64,000 bases of DNA from Candidatus Thorarchaeota archaeon (GTDB taxonomy: Archaea > Asgardarchaeota > Thorarchaeia > Thorarchaeales > Thorarchaeaceae). The notes below the pieces were generated by a model. It had not been told where the DNA came from. It did no database searches and saw only the letters and a list, made by a program, of their open reading frames with translations. Shown piece by piece: positions 59,080-64,000 of the stretch. The position numbers were made by a program, and so were the translations under genes. Where the stretch lies: assembly GCA_029858305.1 (NCBI GenBank), contig JAOUFI010000004.1, positions 1 through 64,000 of the forward strand, given 5' to 3'. The first letter of the stretch is position 1; each line of letters begins with the position of its first letter.

Positions 59080-60665
59080 TAAAGTCCCTCCTGGTTGCGT
59101 CCCCTCATGACGTCTTTCCTACCAGCGGATCCCCAGGATGTAGTTGACTGTTCCCATTTTCCTGCTCCATACTCAATTGTTCGCGTAGCAATGAGGTCAC
59201 TACGACCTGTGTCAGTCCAAACCTCGCCACGAACTGCTGCAGTTCCAATCCCACCTAAGCTCATCCCATTCATGTGGAGAATAGCAGCAGCAATTGCAAC
59301 TTCCAGCTCAGCTGTCATCTGACCTGTGATTCTCTTTTGAGCCCTGCGCTTCAAGAAGTCTATTGCATATTGTGGGAAAAGAGCATAGGAGACCTCATCA
59401 CGTGGAATATGTGGAATATCCTTGAGAGCTTCTCGTGCTGCGGGGAGCTCAGGTTCAAGGAGATCGGCGGGTCGGCATTCAAGTGTCTTCTCATCTCCAA
59501 TGGCTAATTTCTTGACTTTAGGATCTATCTCTGCGGGAGGGCGTCCATAATAACCACGGATATACTGCTTGACTTCTGTTGGAATCATACTGTATCTTTT
59601 TCCAGTCACAACATTGAGCGTCGCCTGTGTCCCAACAATTTGACTAGATGGTGTCACAAGCGGAGGATACCCAAGTTCAGCTCGGACTCGAGGTACTTCA
59701 GCTAGAACTTCATCATATTTGTCTAATGCACCTTGCTCTCGGAGTTGATTATCAAGATTCGAAAGCATCCCACCAGGAATTTGAAACTCGAGAACTTGTG
59801 GATTGACTCCTTGAAGACTACCTTCGTACTGTGTATATTTTCTCCGAATCTTACGGAAATAATCTGCAATCTCAGAGAGTTGATTAATACTCAGACCAGT
59901 GTCCCGAGGTGTTCCCTTGAGTGCCTCAACAATGGACTCTGTGGCTGGCTGGGAGGTGGCCATTGATAATGCAGATATTGCGCAATCTACAACATCAACT
60001 CCTGCATCTGCTGCCTTGAGATATGCCATTGCTGCCATCCCGCTCGTGTAGTGAGAGTGAAGCTGGACAGGAACATCAATCTCTTCCTTGATACCGACTA
60101 CGAGGTCATATGCGGCCTTGGGTGAGATGAGCCCAGCCATGTCTTTGATACAGATTGAATCTGCACCTTTTTCGTAGAGTTCCTTGGCCATGGCTACAAA
60201 CTTGTCATTTGTGTGAAAAGGACTCAACGTGTAACTAATGGCAGCTTGAACATGACTACCCTCACGCTTCACAAAGTTCATGGCTGCCTCCATATTACGA
60301 ACATCATTGAGGGCATCAAAGATTCTGAAGATATCGATGCCAACCTTTACTGCTTCAACGATGAAAGCCTCTAAGACATCATCAGGAAAGTGTCTATACC
60401 CCACTAAATTGCTACCTCTCAACAACATCTGGAATTTTGTCTTGGGCATGGCTTCCTTAAGCATCTCAACGCGTTCCCAAGGATCCTCATCCAGAAAGCG
60501 CATCATCGAGTCAAACGTGGCTCCGCCCCACATCTCAAGCGAGTGATAGCCAACTTTGTCAATCTTCTCACAGATTGGAAGCATGTCCTCTGTGCGCATT
60601 CTAGTGGCTATAAGGGACTGATGAGCGTCTCTTAGTGTTGTGTCGGTAATCAGGAGTTTCGTCAT
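59079..60665 (-). CDS. Pyruvate/oxaloacetate carboxyltransferase subunit (PycB/OadA/transcarboxylase 5S-like), no fused biotinyl domain
   Basis: TTLRDAHQSL, WGGATFD, IKDMAG, HSH, QIPGGM, PPLVTPSSQIVG. Confidence 0.92.
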   Translation of the reverse strand: MTKLLITDTTLRDAHQSLIATRMRTEDMLPICEKIDKVGYHSLEMWGGATFDSMMRFLDEDPWERVEMLKEAMPKTKFQMLLRGSNLVGYRHFPDDVLEAFIVEAVKVGIDIFRIFDALNDVRNMEAAMNFVKREGSHVQAAISYTLSPFHTNDKFVAMAKELYEKGADSICIKDMAGLISPKAAYDLVVGIKEEIDVPVQLHSHYTSGMAAMAYLKAADAGVDVVDCAISALSMATSQPATESIVEALKGTPRDTGLSINQLSEIADYFRKIRRKYTQYEGSLQGVNPQVLEFQIPGGMLSNLDNQLREQGALDKYDEVLAEVPRVRAELGYPPLVTPSSQIVGTQATLNVVTGKRYSMIPTEVKQYIRGYYGRPPAEIDPKVKKLAIGDEKTLECRPADLLEPELPAAREALKDIPHIPRDEVSYALFPQYAIDFLKRRAQKRITGQMTAELEVAIAAAILHMNGMSLGGIGTAAVRGEVWTDTGRSDLIATRTIEYGAGKWEQSTTSWGSAGRKDVMRGRNQEGL

Positions 60666-60875
60666 CGTTAAGCGTGCTAAAGAAGATGGGATGAGTATTT
60701 AGTCGTTCTGTTGTAGAAGTTCTCTAGCAATAGCTAGAGCAGTAAGGCTCTGTGGGACCCACTTCTAATGAATCTCCCATTTCTTTGAGTTGAAGGGACT
60801 CACATGCAAAATAAGATTGCAGACGAGTTAGATGCAAATCAATATGTGTCTTTTACACACCTCCCGTCTGGATTG

Positions 60876-60908
60876 TTGGCTTGATGAATCTTGGGTTCAT
60901 CAAGCCAA
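60876..60908. terminator. Perfect 13-bp inverted repeat downstream of the 60922-61392 gene
   Basis: TTGGCTTGATGAA-TCTTGGG-TTCATCAAGCCAA. Confidence 0.5.
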
Positions 60909-60921
60909 AACGAAACTAGTT

Positions 60922-61392
60922 CTATTCTTGAGTTATGCTAGCACCAATGATACCAGGGATAAAGAGAAGGAAGAATGCTATTCCAAGATCAATTGCCATT
61001 GTTTGAATCTCAGATAACAAAGCACTGAAATCAAAGGCACCGCCTGCCATACTTAGCAAGAAGTAGCATAGGAATAAGATTATGATAACAAGTATGGAAA
61101 CTGGGAGCATCTTCACACGATTCTTGGAAACTAAACCTGATACAAACCCAGCAACAACCAATGTTATGAGAGGGAGATATAATGAGTGAAGTGCCAGTGA
61201 ATATGGTTTCAGCAACAACTCGAAGATCATAGATAATTGAATCATCATATTAGGGATGATTCCACCTATGAGTACAGCTGCAAGGGTAATAACGTCCATA
61301 TACAACTGGAGTGCCGCAAGTAAGACTACAATTATAATTGCCACAACTAATGCGATTATTGTTCTTTTCAATAGAGATGTCACATCCTTCAA
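60922..61392 (-). CDS. Membrane protein
   Basis: Four to five hydrophobic helices. Confidence 0.75.
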   Translation of the reverse strand: MKDVTSLLKRTIIALVVAIIIVVLLAALQLYMDVITLAAVLIGGIIPNMMIQLSMIFELLLKPYSLALHSLYLPLITLVVAGFVSGLVSKNRVKMLPVSILVIIILFLCYFLLSMAGGAFDFSALLSEIQTMAIDLGIAFFLLFIPGIIGASITQE

Positions 61393-61560
61393 TTTGGAAC
61401 CTGTTAAGGCATCATTGAGCGCAAAGAAGAGTCTTATATTTCTTGGTTATGTAGTAATATGCCGCTTACTAACGAACAGGGCAGATATGTTTCAACTCTG
61501 TGAAACATGAGTTGACTCTCACAGATTGTGTGAGTTGATTCCCAATCTGAAAAAGAGAAT

Positions 61561-62289
61561 CTATATTTTTTTACCGATCGGACATACGTCCATGCATCTC
61601 GTACATTCGATGTAACTGTTTGGAGTAGGTCTCTGGAAGAGTCTTTGTTCTTCTTTTCTTACAAACTCAGGAACATCCGTTGAACCTGGACACTCAGCTG
61701 AGTACACCATGCAGTGAGTGATATTCAATCTATAGGGCTCAATTGCGTTGGTTGGACAGACTTTGACGCATTTATCACAGTCTCCACACAGATCGCGCTC
61801 AAATGGTGAGTCGATATCAAGGATTGCATCTGTTAGGATTGCTATCAGCTTAATTCTTGGACCAAAAACTGGCGATATCAAGAGAGTGTTCTTCCCCTGA
61901 GAGCCTACTCCGCACTTGACTGCAGCAGTCTTGAGCGGAATATTTACTGACCATTTAGCATCAAACCCTCTTCGATGTAAGAAATCAACAATGCCCCATG
62001 CTTTGTTTTTCATGATCTCATCAGAGAAGTAGTGGCTCTCATAATGTGATTCATCTTTGCAATCCTTCGGAGGTTCAACATTCAAGTTAAACGTCTTATC
62101 CCATGAGTGCCATGCCAGTAATATGACTGACTTCACCGTCTGCAATTCTTCCTCAAGATTGTTTAGTCTACGAATCTTCCCAACCCAGCCATATGGCAAA
62201 TCACGGAGCATCTCTGGTTTCGTGATTCCAATAGAGACAAAGCCCGTTTCCATAGCCATGTCTTTCAATTCATTAGACAATGTTGACAT
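61561..62289 (-). CDS. QueG/reductive-dehalogenase-like 2x[4Fe-4S] protein
   Basis: KTAAVKCGVG..GKNTLLI.P.FG, CGDCDKCVKVCP, CTRCMDVCP. Confidence 0.85.
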   Translation of the reverse strand: MSTLSNELKDMAMETGFVSIGITKPEMLRDLPYGWVGKIRRLNNLEEELQTVKSVILLAWHSWDKTFNLNVEPPKDCKDESHYESHYFSDEIMKNKAWGIVDFLHRRGFDAKWSVNIPLKTAAVKCGVGSQGKNTLLISPVFGPRIKLIAILTDAILDIDSPFERDLCGDCDKCVKVCPTNAIEPYRLNITHCMVYSAECPGSTDVPEFVRKEEQRLFQRPTPNSYIECTRCMDVCPIGKKI

Positions 62290-62381
62290 GTTGATTCATG
62301 GATTGAGATGGTATTTGACTCTTCAGCCGACATATGATGGTAGTAAATTTTTCTGGACATTTCGCCAACGTGCTGGATCTG

Positions 62382-63287
62382 TCAAAACTTCTTAATCAGA
62401 TAGTACTCCTTCACTCCGTTTGGATAGGCATCTGACACTCCATATGCACTATATCCGTGTTTGTGGAAAAATTCAAGATTCTGAAATGTGAAGCATGCTG
62501 TCTGAACGGCAATGCAGTTATTGTCTCTTGCAAGTGCTTCTGCCTTCATCAAGAGACCCGTCCCATAGCCTTGACTATGATATCTCTCATCGACCCAGAA
62601 TTCTTCAATATTCATGGTCCCGAGAGTGGTATATCCTAATATGCCGCCAATTACTTGCCCGTGGTCATTCTTAATGATCGATTTGATTTCAAGCTCTCGA
62701 TTTTCCCTCCGTAGTTCTCCAACCTGCTCATCCACATGCTTTCCCATTCCTGCATGTACGATTTTCTGAGATTCTTCCGTCGAATCTTCATAGATACCAA
62801 ACCGAGAAGGGATTTTCTTCTTCAATGAATTATAATCAATCGTATCAAGACGTTTCATAAGGATGTATTCCCTAATTCCATTCACATATCCTTCATAGGT
62901 AGCTATCATTTTGTAGCCTATTGCCTGATAGAAGTCAGGAGCTTGCCACGAGAATGTATATGTCTGAGATGCCAGACATCCATTTCTTTTCGCTATTCTT
63001 TCTGCTTCTAGAACAAGGTCTTTCCCATAGCCCAACCCTTTGTACCTGTCATCAACCCAGAGAACATCGAGGTACTGGGTCCAGTAAACCATGCTTGTCA
63101 TAACTCCACCTACAATCCTACCTTCATGGTCTTTGAGTACAACACTAATCCAGTATTTGGGACTGTTGAATTCTCCATCTGTCTGCTTGAGATTATATGA
63201 TTCAAATCCCTTTTGGAACTCGATCACATCCTCTTCTGATGGATTTGTTATGATTGAAAATCTACCAAGGTCTGATTTTCGGGTCAT
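62382..63287 (-). CDS. Tandem GNAT acetyltransferase
   Basis: Two domains, each with WVD.RY..GYG..L and FY/FH..GY motifs. Confidence 0.9.
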   Translation of the reverse strand: MTRKSDLGRFSIITNPSEEDVIEFQKGFESYNLKQTDGEFNSPKYWISVVLKDHEGRIVGGVMTSMVYWTQYLDVLWVDDRYKGLGYGKDLVLEAERIAKRNGCLASQTYTFSWQAPDFYQAIGYKMIATYEGYVNGIREYILMKRLDTIDYNSLKKKIPSRFGIYEDSTEESQKIVHAGMGKHVDEQVGELRRENRELEIKSIIKNDHGQVIGGILGYTTLGTMNIEEFWVDERYHSQGYGTGLLMKAEALARDNNCIAVQTACFTFQNLEFFHKHGYSAYGVSDAYPNGVKEYYLIKKF

Positions 63288-63525
63288 TTGAAAGCATCTC
63301 TGTTAGAATATACGTGCCATCAGAATTTGCTCACTTAACAGCTATGGAAAAGGCCATTTTTCTAATTTCCGAAGAATCCCGAGAATAAAGGTAGAAGAGA
63401 TAGGATGATACCGATAACTATAGGCAGAAAATTTCCTGTCGATCTCAGAGGCGATAATTCATTACTAGGATTGAAGGTATGAAACTTTATACGGATTGGA
63501 GAGCAGTTACTTCTGAGGTAAGTAT

Positions 63526-63690
63526 GTGGGATTTCGTGATTTCTTACGAATATGGCATGCAGACCGTGTTATTTCGGAAATCAAATGCCCCTTCTGCAAA
63601 AAATCTATCGCCAATAATGAAATTGAACAATCAGGTTCACTGATTATCTGTCCTAATTGTAAGAGGAAATTTAGATCTGGCAGTACCTAA
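63526..63690 (+). CDS. 54-aa Zn-finger microprotein (not in ORF track)
   Basis: GAGGT RBS, GTG start, MGFRDFLRIWHADRVISEIKCPFCKKSIANNEIEQSGSLIICPNCKRKFRSGST*; upstream GAAACTTTATA BRE/TATA-like motif at about 63481. Confidence 0.7.
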   Translation: MGFRDFLRIWHADRVISEIKCPFCKKSIANNEIEQSGSLIICPNCKRKFRSGST

Positions 63691-63789
63691 AAACATGTGG
63701 AATTAGAATTTTCATAATGTAGTGGAAGCAAGATCATCTCACAGCTGTTTTTAGAAATCTCCGTTACTAGAAGAGTACGATTCATTCCC

Positions 63790-64000
63790 TTAATAGTCGG
63801 TAAGCCCTAAAATCTCAATGGTTTTTGCCCACAGTTGTTTTTGAAGACTTTCGTCATTAGAGATTTCTGTAGTGGTCACTACTTGCTTCTTTGAGAAGCA
63901 CTTTCCAGATAGTCCCTCTACATCTGACGATACTGCAACATACACTGATGTCTCAGCGCCTTCCTTCGGGCTCAATTGAAAGGGCTTCATCATCCCAAAC
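63790..64000 (-). CDS. C-terminal fragment of a short-chain dehydrogenase/reductase (start outside window)
   Basis: SPKEGAETSVYVA.S..VEGLSGK.F...LQKQLW, typical of retinol-dehydrogenase-like SDR C-termini. Confidence 0.75.
   Translation of the reverse strand, partial: FGMMKPFQLSPKEGAETSVYVAVSSDVEGLSGKCFSKKQVVTTTEISNDESLQKQLWAKTIEILGLTDY

Noticed and set aside
60876-60908. Hairpin containing ATGA as a possible SECIS element
   Set aside because: It is perfectly paired with no tandem G-A quartet, and I found no in-frame UGA selenoprotein candidate nearby.

Overview
A gene-dense archaeal window. The gene repertoire and the expanded 'GTITxCFPHVDEET' TPR family point to an Asgard archaeon, most likely Thorarchaeia; this is an inference, not a database result. 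No rRNA, tRNA, CRISPR array, transposase or integrase is visible. From left to right: a DUF35 plus thiolase-fold pair, then a tandem array of ~500-aa TPR paralogs (four in tandem, a fifth nearby) carrying duplicated promoter and leader elements. Next come DinB, ankyrin, a GT-C glycosyltransferase and a secreted caspase-like protease, followed by an amine/amino-acid catabolic cluster with Lrp and a GlnA-family gene. The middle holds SCP2, a corrinoid protein, panB, a P-type ATPase with non-canonical ion-binding motifs, a subtilase with Site-1-protease-like architecture, and leuB/C/D-like genes. A carboxyltransferase-BCCP-thiolase-DUF35-acyl-CoA dehydrogenase run is interrupted by an 11.5-kb giant repeat surface-protein gene. 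The best leads are the TPR array with its recurring ~60-bp element, the MBTPS1-like protease, the 'PINI' P-type ATPase, two cysteine-less thiolase folds, the giant type-I membrane protein and several structured intergenic leaders.
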